DNA of 62,932 nt from Deltaproteobacteria bacterium (GTDB lineage Bacteria > Desulfobacterota > GWC2-55-46 > UBA9637 > GWC2-42-11), in contig JACRPW010000040.1 in the NCBI GenBank assembly GCA_016223005.1, forward strand, positions 1 through 62,932, read 5' to 3'. Below are positions 19,190 through 31,600 of this stretch, piece by piece. Position 1 is the stretch's first letter. The number at the start of each line of letters is the position of its first letter. The position numbers were made by a program, and so were the translations under genes. Under the pieces are notes generated by a model, which was not told the DNA's origin, searched no databases, and was given only the letters and a program-made list of their open reading frames with translations.

Positions 19190-19212
19190 TTCTACAGACT
19201 GTAGAATAAAAT
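19190..19212 (+). promoter_or_regulatory. second BlaI/CopY-type operator plus -10-like box
   Basis: TTCTACAGACTGTAGAA (19190-19206) is immediately followed by TAAAAT. The arrangement matches 17894-17916. It lies 19 nt upstream of the SD/ATG of the 19231 gene. Confidence 0.65.
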
Positions 19213-19230
19213 TAAAAGGATGGAACGAAA

Positions 19231-19731
19231 ATGAGACAAGGTATCAGGTTTTTGATTGCAATCTTTAAGAAGGGAGGGGCTATTAAATTACCCGTTTTGG
19301 CATTGCTTGTAGGTATTGTAGGTATAATTTATATCAATCAAGCACAGGCATCGTATCACAGCAAAGGTATGGATATGGGTCACCAAGGTATGGACATGAG
19401 GAACAATGTTGCCCAGTTGCAAAAAAAGACGGCAAAGAAACCTCTTGAGATTATATGGCCAAAAAAAGGTGAAGTAGTTAATCAGAAGGAGATAGAGGCA
19501 AAGATACGGATTGCAGATGAGTATAAGGATATGGTTGGACATATCCATGTTTATGTGAATGGCAAGAGGATGGACCATGCAAGCATAAAAGAGGACATCC
19601 TTCTTGTGTGGGACCTTAAAGAAGGTGAAAATACACTTGAACTGGCATTATCACTAGGCGACAAACATGAGGAAGGTTCAGGCGCTAAATCAGTTGGAGA
19701 CAGCGTAACATTTAAAGTAAAGACTAAATAG
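19231..19731 (+). CDS. exported Met/His-motif protein with DUF4399-like domain
   Basis: N-terminal TM/signal segment, HSKGMDMGHQGMDM motif, and GHIHVYVNG...LELALSLGDKHE resembling DUF4399. Confidence 0.6.
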   Translation: MRQGIRFLIAIFKKGGAIKLPVLALLVGIVGIIYINQAQASYHSKGMDMGHQGMDMRNNVAQLQKKTAKKPLEIIWPKKGEVVNQKEIEAKIRIADEYKDMVGHIHVYVNGKRMDHASIKEDILLVWDLKEGENTLELALSLGDKHEEGSGAKSVGDSVTFKVKTK

Positions 19732-19822
19732 AAGTTTATAGAAATCCCAATTAAATAATTGGGCAACCTTTATAAAAAGTGCTATAATTTAGCACAAGGC
19801 TTAAAAAAGGGAGGTGATACTA

Positions 19823-20158
19823 ATGGGTGTTTTAAGATTTATTGCTGCGGCAGTTCTTGTGATTTCACTGGCAGTATTGCCTGCGGGTGCTGAAGAGAAA
19901 AAGGGGCAGATGGGTGGGGGAATGATGATGGGTGAGGGCATGATGAACTGTCCTATGATGAAGGGAGAAATGGGTGACATGCTGGGCATGATGAAGGAGA
20001 TGATGGGCATAATGAAGGATATATCTCACAATCCTACTGATGCCCAGAAAAAAAGACTTGAAGAGATGATGAAGAAGATGGACGGAATGATGAAGATGCA
20101 TGATGAGATGATGAAGCAGAAACAGGGGACGATGAAGCAAAAGAAGGAAGGGATGTAG
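19823..20158 (+). CDS. secreted methionine-rich protein (putative Cu(I) binder)
   Basis: GGGAGG lies 8 nt before the ATG. Signal peptide ends AGA/EE. I count 25 Met in the 88-residue mature part. NCPMMKG motif is present. Confidence 0.7.
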   Translation: MGVLRFIAAAVLVISLAVLPAGAEEKKGQMGGGMMMGEGMMNCPMMKGEMGDMLGMMKEMMGIMKDISHNPTDAQKKRLEEMMKKMDGMMKMHDEMMKQKQGTMKQKKEGM

Positions 20159-20176
20159 GGCAGTAAGGTCTTAGAG

Positions 20177-20210
20177 ACAGGGGCGACTCATGTGTCGTCC
20201 CTGTTTTTTA
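20177..20210 (+). terminator. intrinsic terminator
   Basis: acaggggcgac-tcatgt-gtcgtccctgt followed by tttttt. Confidence 0.7.
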
Positions 20211-20234
20211 TTATAATCAGGAGGGATTAAAGAG

Positions 20235-20936
20235 ATGAAAAAGATATTGATAACATTAAGTTTGGTTGCTTTAATTATAGTTCCATTATCTGCTTATGCC
20301 TGCAGTATGGGGCAAGGGCAGATGATGGATATAGGTGCAAGCCCATGGTTCCAACAAGGTATTACACTAACATTAAAAAATGCTGAAAATCTGGAACTGG
20401 ACGAGAGGCAAAAAAATAAATTGGAGGGTATCAGGGATAAATACACAAAGGATATTATAAAGATTGATGCTGAATTAAAGACAAATGACATAGACCTGAA
20501 CAATTTACTTAAAATGGACAACATTGACCTCTTGAAGGTTAAAAATACAGTCAAAAAGATAGAGGCAATAGAGTCGCAGATAAGATACCTTCGCATAGAG
20601 GCATTCACAGAGGCAAGAAAGGTGCTGAACCCTGAACAGAAAGGGAAACTTAAAAAACTAATGGAAATGCCGTATGGTCAGATTAAAGGCGGTATGGGGC
20701 AAGGAATGGATTCTTCTATGATGAAGGATGAGATGACAGACTGCCCAATGATGAAGGGCATGATGGGCGGCAGTGGCATGATGGGACAGGGAATGATGGG
20801 AGGCATGGATAAGGGTATGGACTGTCCTATGATGAAAGGCGGTATGGGCGAAATGATGGGCGGTGGTATGGGAGGCGGTACAGCAGGTGAACAGACAGCA
20901 AAAACTGAAGTTGCGGCATCTACAAAACAAACATAA
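20235..20936 (+). CDS. Spy/CpxP/ZraP-family periplasmic protein with Met/Gly-rich tail
   Basis: Signal peptide, two LTXXQ-like motifs (LDERQ, LNPEQ), and a tail with two DCPMMKG motifs and GMMGQGMMGG runs. Confidence 0.7.
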   Translation: MKKILITLSLVALIIVPLSAYACSMGQGQMMDIGASPWFQQGITLTLKNAENLELDERQKNKLEGIRDKYTKDIIKIDAELKTNDIDLNNLLKMDNIDLLKVKNTVKKIEAIESQIRYLRIEAFTEARKVLNPEQKGKLKKLMEMPYGQIKGGMGQGMDSSMMKDEMTDCPMMKGMMGGSGMMGQGMMGGMDKGMDCPMMKGGMGEMMGGGMGGGTAGEQTAKTEVAASTKQT

Positions 20937-20960
20937 GAAAAAACCGCAGGCGCTGTAACA

Positions 20961-21272
20961 GTGATTGCAGAATTTAAAAATCCTGTAGATGTGGGCGGCA
21001 GTAATGAACTTGTCTTTGATGTAAAGTTAGACACCCATTCAGTAAATCTCGATGCATTCAATTTTAATGAGGGTATTGTCCTCAAAGACGATAAAGGAAA
21101 TATCTATAAACCTATTGCAGCAAAGCCCTCTGGTTCAGGACATCACAGGGAGGCTGAAGTAAAATTTAAAAACCCCGGAACCACAGGATTTATTGAACTG
21201 GTGGTTAAAGATATGGGTGGTGTGAAAGAAACTGTATTCAAATGGCAGACTCCAAAGGGGATAAAGATGTAA
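20961..21272 (+). CDS. hypothetical protein, in frame with and one stop codon away from the previous gene
   Basis: 103-aa ORF (GTG) with a GSGHHREAEVKF motif. It has no SD and no signal peptide of its own, and shares the frame of 20235-20936. Confidence 0.45.
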   Translation: MIAEFKNPVDVGGSNELVFDVKLDTHSVNLDAFNFNEGIVLKDDKGNIYKPIAAKPSGSGHHREAEVKFKNPGTTGFIELVVKDMGGVKETVFKWQTPKGIKM

Positions 21273-21378
21273 GATTTGTAAAGGGTTCAAGGGGTCAATG
21301 TGTCAGAAGAACAGAGCGAAAAACTTTGGCTCTATAACTTTTTGATACATGGACTCTCACAAAACGGAGGTGACTAAT

Positions 21379-23688
<2,310 letters not shown>

Positions 23689-23854
23689 CGGCATATCCAC
23701 CGGCTTGCATATAGTCAGTAATAGGAACGGGTTATAGAGGACAAGGGGCCCAAGAAAAGCGACTGTAATGCAAGTAAAGATAGTCAGGAATATGGCAGTA
23801 AAGACAAAGACATTACTAATTGTTAAGAGACCAAAAAGAAAGAGGAAAATAAAT

Positions 23855-23920
23855 CTGTCCCCTTTATTTCCTCTTTATTTCCTTTATTTCTGCTTTATTT
23901 CTGTGTCCCCTTTATTTCCC
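23855..23920. repeat. tandem TTTATTTC-type repeat (about 11-nt units)
   Basis: cccctttatttcc tctttatttcc tttatttctgc tttatttctgtgt cccctttatttccc. Confidence 0.75.
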
Positions 23921-24105
23921 TGTAGGTGTGGTTAAGGTTTTTAATACATGGACGCATGGTTTAGATTTGACCCTAATTATTTCTACAAAACCAATCAGCA
24001 TAACAGATTTTATTACCGGGCTTTTAAGTCTTGTTGTGTTTTCTGTTGTTGTTGGTATAATATTTACACTTGTATATAACTCAATTCAGAGAAAGGAAGG
24101 GTAAG

Positions 24106-24495
24106 ATGAGAAAAACATGGATAGTAATTACAGTAACTCTAACGGTTATAGGTATAGCCCTATGGTTTATCCCAACAGCGTCAACAGTGGCCGCAAATCC
24201 AAAAGGTGGAGAAACGAAACCAATCCTTTCACCTCAATTATTTAAGGGCAAAACAGCCTACACATATCAGATTGCAAAGGAGATACCAGAGGTTCTTGAC
24301 AGCATCTACTGCTACTGCAACTGCCAGATGCATTCAGGGCATAAGAGCCTCTTATCATGCTATACGGATAAACATGCTGCATTTTGCGATATATGCCAGA
24401 ATCAGGCGATAAGGGCGTATGAACTTTATAAAGAAGGCAAAGATATTATGACTATAAAAAAGACAGAGGATAAGGAGTTTGGTGCAAGGAGATAG
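24106..24495 (+). CDS. PCYCGC-motif family membrane-anchored protein
   Basis: SD gaaaggaagg precedes the ATG. One TM helix. IYCYCNCQMHSGHKSLLSCYTDKHAAFCDIC matches the PCYCGC-domain pattern. Confidence 0.7.
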   Translation: MRKTWIVITVTLTVIGIALWFIPTASTVAANPKGGETKPILSPQLFKGKTAYTYQIAKEIPEVLDSIYCYCNCQMHSGHKSLLSCYTDKHAAFCDICQNQAIRAYELYKEGKDIMTIKKTEDKEFGARR

Positions 24496-24498
24496 TTA

Positions 24499-25572
24499 AT
24501 GCATAGTGTTTATAAAAGTATAAAATATTTTCTGACCATCTGCGTATCTCTTTTAACATTTTATCCCTTAACCGCAGATGCCCTTTCTCCAGATGAAGAT
24601 GCAAATATAAAGATATACGAGGCATTAAGCCCGAGTGTTGTAAATATAATCAACACCACAGTCTCCTATGACTTCTTCTTAAACCCGCTTCCACAAAGCG
24701 GTTCAGGCTCAGGCTCTGTTATTGATAAAAAAGGTAATATCCTTACAAACTATCATGTGGTGGAAAATGCCCAGATGCTTGAGGTTACCCTTTCTGACAG
24801 CAGTAAATGGGAGGCAAAGGTCATCGGCGCTGACCCGAGTAATGACATTGCGGTTATCAGGATTGATGCACCTTCTGACAAACTCAAACCTATTCAATTT
24901 GGTAATTCTGCTGGACTTAAGGTTGGACAAAAGGTCCTTGCTATTGGTAATCCCTTTGGTCTGGAAAGAACTTTAACAGTCGGCATTGTCAGTTCTCTTG
25001 GCAGGACAATGAGGGCTGCTAATGGCAGGCTTATGAGGGGGATAATACAAACGGATGCGGCAATAAATCCCGGGAATTCAGGTGGTCCTCTTTTGGACAG
25101 CGATGGCAGAATGATTGGTGTTAATTCCGCCATATTCAGCCCTGTTGGAGCAAGCGTTGGTATTGGTTTTGCAATACCTGTAAATACAGTCAAAAAGGTT
25201 GTCCCACAGTTGATAGAAAAGGGCAGGGTTGCAAGACCATGGCTTGGTATTACGGGACAGGATATAGACAAAGAATTAGCAAGGGTGTTAAAACTCCCTT
25301 CAGACGGCATTTTGATTGCAGAGGTTGTGAAAGGGAGTCCGTCAGATAAGGCAGGGATAAGAGGCGGAAGCAGGGTTATAACGAGGGGAAATTTTCAGAT
25401 AATAACAGGCGGCGACATGATAGTCAGTATAAATGGCAGAAAGATAAAATCTATGGATGATATGGTTGAATATGTGGAATCAAGGGCATCAGGTGAATCC
25501 ATTGATATAATAATACTGCGGAACGGACAGAAAAAGACAATTAGATTAACCCTGGCAGAGATGCCGCAGTGA
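24499..25572 (+). CDS. htrA: HtrA/DegP-family periplasmic serine protease (trypsin-like + PDZ)
   Basis: GSGSGSVID, TNYHVV, DIAVIRI, GNSGGPLLD, and a C-terminal PDZ domain. Confidence 0.9.
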   Translation: MHSVYKSIKYFLTICVSLLTFYPLTADALSPDEDANIKIYEALSPSVVNIINTTVSYDFFLNPLPQSGSGSGSVIDKKGNILTNYHVVENAQMLEVTLSDSSKWEAKVIGADPSNDIAVIRIDAPSDKLKPIQFGNSAGLKVGQKVLAIGNPFGLERTLTVGIVSSLGRTMRAANGRLMRGIIQTDAAINPGNSGGPLLDSDGRMIGVNSAIFSPVGASVGIGFAIPVNTVKKVVPQLIEKGRVARPWLGITGQDIDKELARVLKLPSDGILIAEVVKGSPSDKAGIRGGSRVITRGNFQIITGGDMIVSINGRKIKSMDDMVEYVESRASGESIDIIILRNGQKKTIRLTLAEMPQ

Positions 25573-25580
25573 TAAGTTTT

Positions 25581-28500
25581 TCAGCGGTCTTTAAAGTTCA
25601 TACAGCATGCGCATAATCTCTTTCCTGCTTCAAGCATCTCTTTTTTAAACAGCCCCATATCAAATCCTTCCTGCCTTGACACACATATTCCATCTTTCAT
25701 AAATAACAGCGATGATTCTATATTTGCAAGGCTAAAACCATCTACTATGGCAAGAGAGTATATCTTTATCTGGTTCTTATAGTTTTCATATTCTTTAGGT
25801 TCTAGATATTTATAGTCAATTATCTTCCAGTTTTCACCTTTGCGATACAATAAATCAATGACACCTTTTATATAGAGTGTAAAACCATTCTCTTTAATCG
25901 GCATAAAGAAAGGGAATTCCCTGTAAACCTCATCTGCCCCTGTAATTTCTTTGAAAATACTACTCCTTAAAAATCCTGTAATGCACGAGACTGCTGCATC
26001 AAGTTCATCATTTTGCAAAAACCATCCTTTGGCGAAATCCTTTACAAGATTTGTTATATATGACTCATCTTTTTTAGCCATATTATAATCCATCTTTTCC
26101 AAAACTATATGTATAAGACTTCCAATATCCCTTGCCATCTGTCTGACTGTTTCTTCACCTTCAACAATGCCTGTGATTTCAAATCTCTCTGTGGATACCA
26201 TAAAGTCAGCAAGGATTGTTGCAGCAGCAGTAAATTCTCTTGGAAACAGAGGTATAAAATCAAATACATCCTTTATTACTTGAGCAGGCTCTTTCTTATA
26301 TTTAATAGCATGGCATGGAATCTCTGTTTTTTCATCTATATACGAAAAGTTATCTCCCCTTGAAAGTTTAACCTGTGTTTTATTGTCAATAGTAATATCA
26401 GCGGTTGATTTATCTGATTTTATAAATTCATCCATTTCTCTCTTCATAATACCATCCAGCAATGCCCCCCAGTTTTCTTTGCCTCTGGATGGTAATTTTG
26501 ATAAAATTAAATAATCCCTTGCCCTTGTGCATGCAACATAGAATATCCGAATGGACTCCTGAATATCCTTTGCTTTTATAATAGTTTTTGCCTCTTTAAA
26601 AACTGAAGTATCTTCTTCTTCGCCATCTTCACCTATATCTTTTGCAGCAATGCCTGTAGAAGGGTGAAACACTATATTGTCTTTGTTTGATGGAAATTTC
26701 CTACAGACATCAGGGATAAATACCACAGGAAATTCAAGCCCCTTTGCCTGATGGATTGTCATTATTCTTACAACATCCATCCCTTCTGTTGTGATTTGAG
26801 CCTCTGGTTCACGGGGAGGCTCATCAAACAGTGATTTCAGATAGCATATGAAATCTCTTATAGTGGCATTGCCTTCCCTTTCAAACCGTCTTGCCACCTC
26901 AATTAGTTTCTTTATATTCGCAGCCTTCTGTTCACCTTGAAATGTCGGTATGACTGCCCCTAGATAACCTGAATCAGTAAGGATTTCCTCTATCAATTCT
27001 GCAATGGTAAGATTGTCTTTTATATCCTTCCATCTTATAAGCCACTTCCTCGCAAGGGAAATCTTTTCTGTCTCATCCTTTGGATAATCTTCAAAATCCG
27101 TTTCATTGTAAAACCCTTCATAAAGTTCTCTTGCCCCATGATTTGTGCGGCATAGTCTAAAAAGTGTTTCATCCATAAGTCCAGCAAACGGGGACCTTAA
27201 AAAACCTGCCAGAGATATATGGCTATCCCCATGTTCTATATGCTGCAATATGTTATATACATCAATGACCTCCTGACAGTGATAAAATCCCCTGCCCTTA
27301 ACAATGTAATATGGAATGGCATACTGCCTCAAAGACTCTTCATAGATATCAACATCATTTAATGTCCTTAAAAGGATTGCAATATCAGAATATTTAGTTT
27401 TCCTTTTCCCAATATTTTTTTCCCATACATCCAGTTTTCCAACTAATTGTTTTATCCTCTTTGCCAATGTATCTGCTTCAGTTCTTCTGTTTTCCTTTGC
27501 CTTTTTATCTTCTTCAAAAAGTATGACCTCAATCCTTGTATCATTAAAATCATCTGTCTCACTTCTTGTATGGTTCTGCACGGCATTTTCATTGAATATA
27601 TCTTGAGGAGAGTTATGATGAATAAACAGGGCATTTACAAATGATACAATGTTTTTACACGAGCGATGGTTGTCTGTCAGATACACGACACCACTGCTGC
27701 CAGCCCCTTTTACTACATCTTCAAACACTATAACATCAGCACCGCGGAAACCATATATTGACTGCTTCATGTCACCAACAACTATAAGTTTTGAATCAGC
27801 AAGATTTCCAATAGACGGGACACTGCCTGTAATCTCATCCATTTCTGCAAGAAGATAAACAATTGACGCCTGAAGGTTATTTGTATCCTGAAATTCATCC
27901 ACCATTATTTTTTTGAAGACCTTTTTGTAGAAACTGCGGACACCCTTGTTTTTAAGGAGCAGCCTTTTTGTAAAAATAAGCAGGTCCTGAAAGTCAAGGG
28001 ACGAGATATCCCTTTTAGCCTTTGAATAATTATTATCAACAACCTTTAAGATATTTAAGAAACTGCGGATATTGGAGATTGTGCAAGAGGAACTTTCCAA
28101 GTCTGTGATTTCAATGCCGTGACCTCTGATATTCTGATAGATTTTCAGGAGCATTTCCGTGAACCCCCTGCCACCCTGAAATCCTATAGACCTTATCCAG
28201 ACAGCAGCATCTTCATCACCTGCATCAGCAAGCCCTATAACAGTTTTTCTTATAACATTTTTGAGTATAGCAAGAGACTCATATTCATCAATGACCTTAC
28301 AGTCAGGGATAATACCTGCCTCTATAGAATGTTCCCGTAATATCCTTGCACAGAAGGTATGAAATGTGGAGATGGGTGCATCTGAAATCTCCTGCATTGC
28401 CCTTATACATTGCAGTCCAGCCCTTGATTCTATCTCTTTTTCAATCCTCTCTTTTAATTCACTTGCTGCTTTGTCTGTAAAAGTAATTGCGACAATCTCT

Positions 28501-28637
28501 TTTGCACGGATACCCTGCTCAATCAAACTAACATATAAACCCACAAGGGTTTTTGTCTTACCTGAACCCGCACCTGCTGAAATTACACAGTTCTGTTCAA
28601 ATTTTAAAAAGGGTTTTAAATGTTCTGACATCTGCAT
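25581..28637 (-). CDS. addA: AddA-type UvrD/PcrA-like helicase-nuclease
   Basis: Walker A GAGSGKT, DEFQDTN, UvrD helicase C motifs, and a C-terminal PD-(D/E)XK site (GVIDLLY...KIIDYKY). Confidence 0.85.
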   Translation of the reverse strand: MQMSEHLKPFLKFEQNCVISAGAGSGKTKTLVGLYVSLIEQGIRAKEIVAITFTDKAASELKERIEKEIESRAGLQCIRAMQEISDAPISTFHTFCARILREHSIEAGIIPDCKVIDEYESLAILKNVIRKTVIGLADAGDEDAAVWIRSIGFQGGRGFTEMLLKIYQNIRGHGIEITDLESSSCTISNIRSFLNILKVVDNNYSKAKRDISSLDFQDLLIFTKRLLLKNKGVRSFYKKVFKKIMVDEFQDTNNLQASIVYLLAEMDEITGSVPSIGNLADSKLIVVGDMKQSIYGFRGADVIVFEDVVKGAGSSGVVYLTDNHRSCKNIVSFVNALFIHHNSPQDIFNENAVQNHTRSETDDFNDTRIEVILFEEDKKAKENRRTEADTLAKRIKQLVGKLDVWEKNIGKRKTKYSDIAILLRTLNDVDIYEESLRQYAIPYYIVKGRGFYHCQEVIDVYNILQHIEHGDSHISLAGFLRSPFAGLMDETLFRLCRTNHGARELYEGFYNETDFEDYPKDETEKISLARKWLIRWKDIKDNLTIAELIEEILTDSGYLGAVIPTFQGEQKAANIKKLIEVARRFEREGNATIRDFICYLKSLFDEPPREPEAQITTEGMDVVRIMTIHQAKGLEFPVVFIPDVCRKFPSNKDNIVFHPSTGIAAKDIGEDGEEEDTSVFKEAKTIIKAKDIQESIRIFYVACTRARDYLILSKLPSRGKENWGALLDGIMKREMDEFIKSDKSTADITIDNKTQVKLSRGDNFSYIDEKTEIPCHAIKYKKEPAQVIKDVFDFIPLFPREFTAAATILADFMVSTERFEITGIVEGEETVRQMARDIGSLIHIVLEKMDYNMAKKDESYITNLVKDFAKGWFLQNDELDAAVSCITGFLRSSIFKEITGADEVYREFPFFMPIKENGFTLYIKGVIDLLYRKGENWKIIDYKYLEPKEYENYKNQIKIYSLAIVDGFSLANIESSLLFMKDGICVSRQEGFDMGLFKKEMLEAGKRLCACCMNFKDR

Positions 28638-31600
28638 ATATTCTTAAATCTACAGTATAGACAGACCCTGTCGTTATAAGGTTCTGCCTTAAAATTGCCT
28701 GATTTTATAAGGGATACAAGTCTATCTATATCTTTTGCTAGTGTCTTATCTTCAGTTCCATGTAAACTAGAAAGATAGTTGTCAAGCGGTATGCTGCCGT
28801 TATCTGTCTTGATAGTCTTTATATCTCCCCCCTCATTATCTTTAAGTGAATAATAAAGACCGCTGCACTGCGAAGGATTTACATTGAAATATCTTGCGGC
28901 AGCGAGGATATATATCGGAAGTTGGAAATATATCTTTCCTATTTCGTCTTTAGCAGGAAGACTGCCCATCTTATAATCAATAACCCTTAATGCCTTATCG
29001 CATCTATCTATCCTGTCTATCTTTCCCTTTATATGCACGAACACGCCATCTGGCAGGACTATGTCAAGGAGCGGGATATTTTTATTTCTCCCAAACTCAA
29101 TTTCAAAATATTCAGGGATAAAATTCCTGTCATGGTTTTTCACCTCCGAATCGTAAAATCGTTTTAGTATATTTACTATCTGGTGTTTCTTAATCTCCCA
29201 TAATCCTTTGCTGCCTGTAAAGTCAGTGTCAAGGGTCTCTTTAAATACAAGTGATATTGTTTCATTTAAGAGTAGAGATTCTACCTCTATCCCTGTTAGC
29301 GGCAGCACCCCATTTTGGCCCGCAGTTTTATAAAATCTCTCCAGCATCCTGTGGATGATAGTGCCTGCTGCAAGGTGGTTTATCTCAACATCCATTTCTT
29401 CAGATTCAATAAGTTTTAGAATATCCTTCATGTAAAAGGAGAAAGGACATTTGGCAATGGTTTCCAGCATTGTTGTAGTCCAGACACTTTTATTGCCAAG
29501 AAGTTCTTCATTAAGACGGCTTTTTAAACCAATATCAGTAATACAGCCTGTCCAATTATCTGCCCTGCCTTGTTTATCGCTGCGTAATCTTTCTATATTA
29601 CAGATTTTCTTAAGTCTAAGGATATTGCTTTTAAATCCATTCCCCTCTCCTATTAGTTCAATCACCTCTTCAGCATATTCTCTATCAGGGTTATGGTGCG
29701 GTAAGTTTAATGACTTGAGGAGCGATACAGCGAGTTCCTCTTTCTCTAATGCATCCTCTGTATTTACAATGACCTCTGACACAGGTATCTTTTTAAAGAG
29801 GGCAGTATCCGCTGCTGTATCTATATTTAAAATCCTGCGAGTCTCTCTAAAGAATATGGACGGCAGTAGTTCTCTGCCTGTTTCATCAAGATATGAATAG
29901 GTTAGACAAAGCCTTTCCTCTGCCATACTGATAGCAAGAATAAACAAGAGTGGCTCTTTCCACCACTCTGTTCTGTTTGTTAAAAATATCCTTCTGCCAA
30001 GGGCATTATTTAATATCTTCTTGTCATCATCCCTTATAAACAGATGCGTAGTTTCACTTGCAGGGAATTCACCATCATTTAAGCCGCACACAAACAGATG
30101 TTTAAATCTTATTCCTCTGGCATCAAGTATGGAAAGTGCCTTTATACCGCCTTTATTTTTATATGCAGGCAGATATTTTTCTGCCAGTGCCTCTCTAACG
30201 AGACTAAAGAATTCACTTATAGAAAGAAGAGATTTATCCTTTCCGGTAAGCAGCAGCATCTTTTCTATTTCCAAAATTGTATCCATTAAAATATCAAGAG
30301 CCTGTATGTCCTGCTGGCGCATCTGTTGGCTGCATCTCTTTTCAATATCCAACTTTCTTATAACTGTATATAAATTATCCCTATGTCCAATAAATGGCTG
30401 TCTTTTGTCAATCCCCTTAAGTATTGCTATGAAATTCAGGATAAGGTTTTTTGTAGTCAACAATGTTTCTATATCAACCTTTGTCCCGTCCTTCCTATCT
30501 TTAATCCCCACAGATTTCAGATACCTTTCAAATGCCTTGTCCCACCTTTCAGTATCTTCATCAACCACCTTTACTTCAGATACAATCCTTTCTACCTCTT
30601 TAAACTTAATACCATTTCCACCTGTAATTTGAGAGATACCCACATAACTGGAATTCAAAAGTTTCAAGACCCTTTCCCTCTCAAAATTTGATTCAATGAT
30701 GTCATAAATGGACATGATATTTTTTACAACAGGTAAGGCAAGCAGATTCCTCCCCCTTCGGAAATAAAGAGGGATATTAAACCTTTTAAAGACATCTTCT
30801 ACAATCTCTTCGTATGTGGCAATATCTCTAAAGATAACCCCGATCTCAGATGGATTAACACCATCTTTCAGCAGTCTTCTTATCTTTCTGCCAACTGCTT
30901 CAATTTCTATATATCTGCCAGGTCCTGCAATAAGGTTTACCGTATCATCAGTAATATGGGCATTGGATTTATCAATCTTAAAAAGATTATGTATGAGGGC
31001 ATTTATGCTGTTTTCCTCATTGCCGCTATCAGCAGGCTTGAATATTATAGATTCGGGAGAGAGATTTTCCATTGTTTCAAAGAAGTTAAGCAAATCTTCG
31101 GCAGCCTTTGTTGCATCAGGGTTTTCAAGGCTATAGACAGGGATTATCTCTGGTATAATGCCTTTATCTATCAATACCTTTACAATCCTTCGCTGAATCG
31201 GTAGTAAGTCATAAAAACCTTCTATAACGAGATTCTCTGTGTCTGAAAGGGACTGTGGAATTCCTTTGTATCCTTCAAGCCCGGCAAGGATTTCCCTTTG
31301 CCTGCCTATATCATCTGTAAGGTTTAAAAACTTAAGTCTATTTTCATAATGGGAATATATTCTGGCAAGTATGTGGTATTTTTCATTATCAATACATCTG
31401 ACTGCCTTTTCAAAATCCTTGCTACAAACCAGTGCCTGTCTTAATTCCCTTATAAACTTATTCACTGCACGAAAAAAAACAGAAGAATCCCTGATGGGAG
31501 AAAGCCGTGTGCTGACAGGTTCTGCGGATACGGAAAGGACAGCATCTTTAATAAGCAGGAGTTCGCCAATAGATGAGATTTGTCTCTTTTTTATTGGAAA

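Noticed and set aside
19865-20930. His-rich antisense ORFs (19865-20140 minus, 20658-20930 minus, 20678-21085 minus) that look like metal-binding proteins
   Set aside because: They are the reverse complement of the Met-rich genes (ATG read backwards is CAT, giving His). They have no SD or signal peptide, while the plus-strand genes have both.
23928-24104. 58-codon membrane-like ORF (..ITDFITGLLSLVVFSVVVGIIFTLVY..) ending 1 nt before the PCYCGC gene start
   Set aside because: Only GTG/TTG starts are available, with no convincing SD, and it begins inside the repeat tract. The coupling to the next ATG is suggestive but insufficient.
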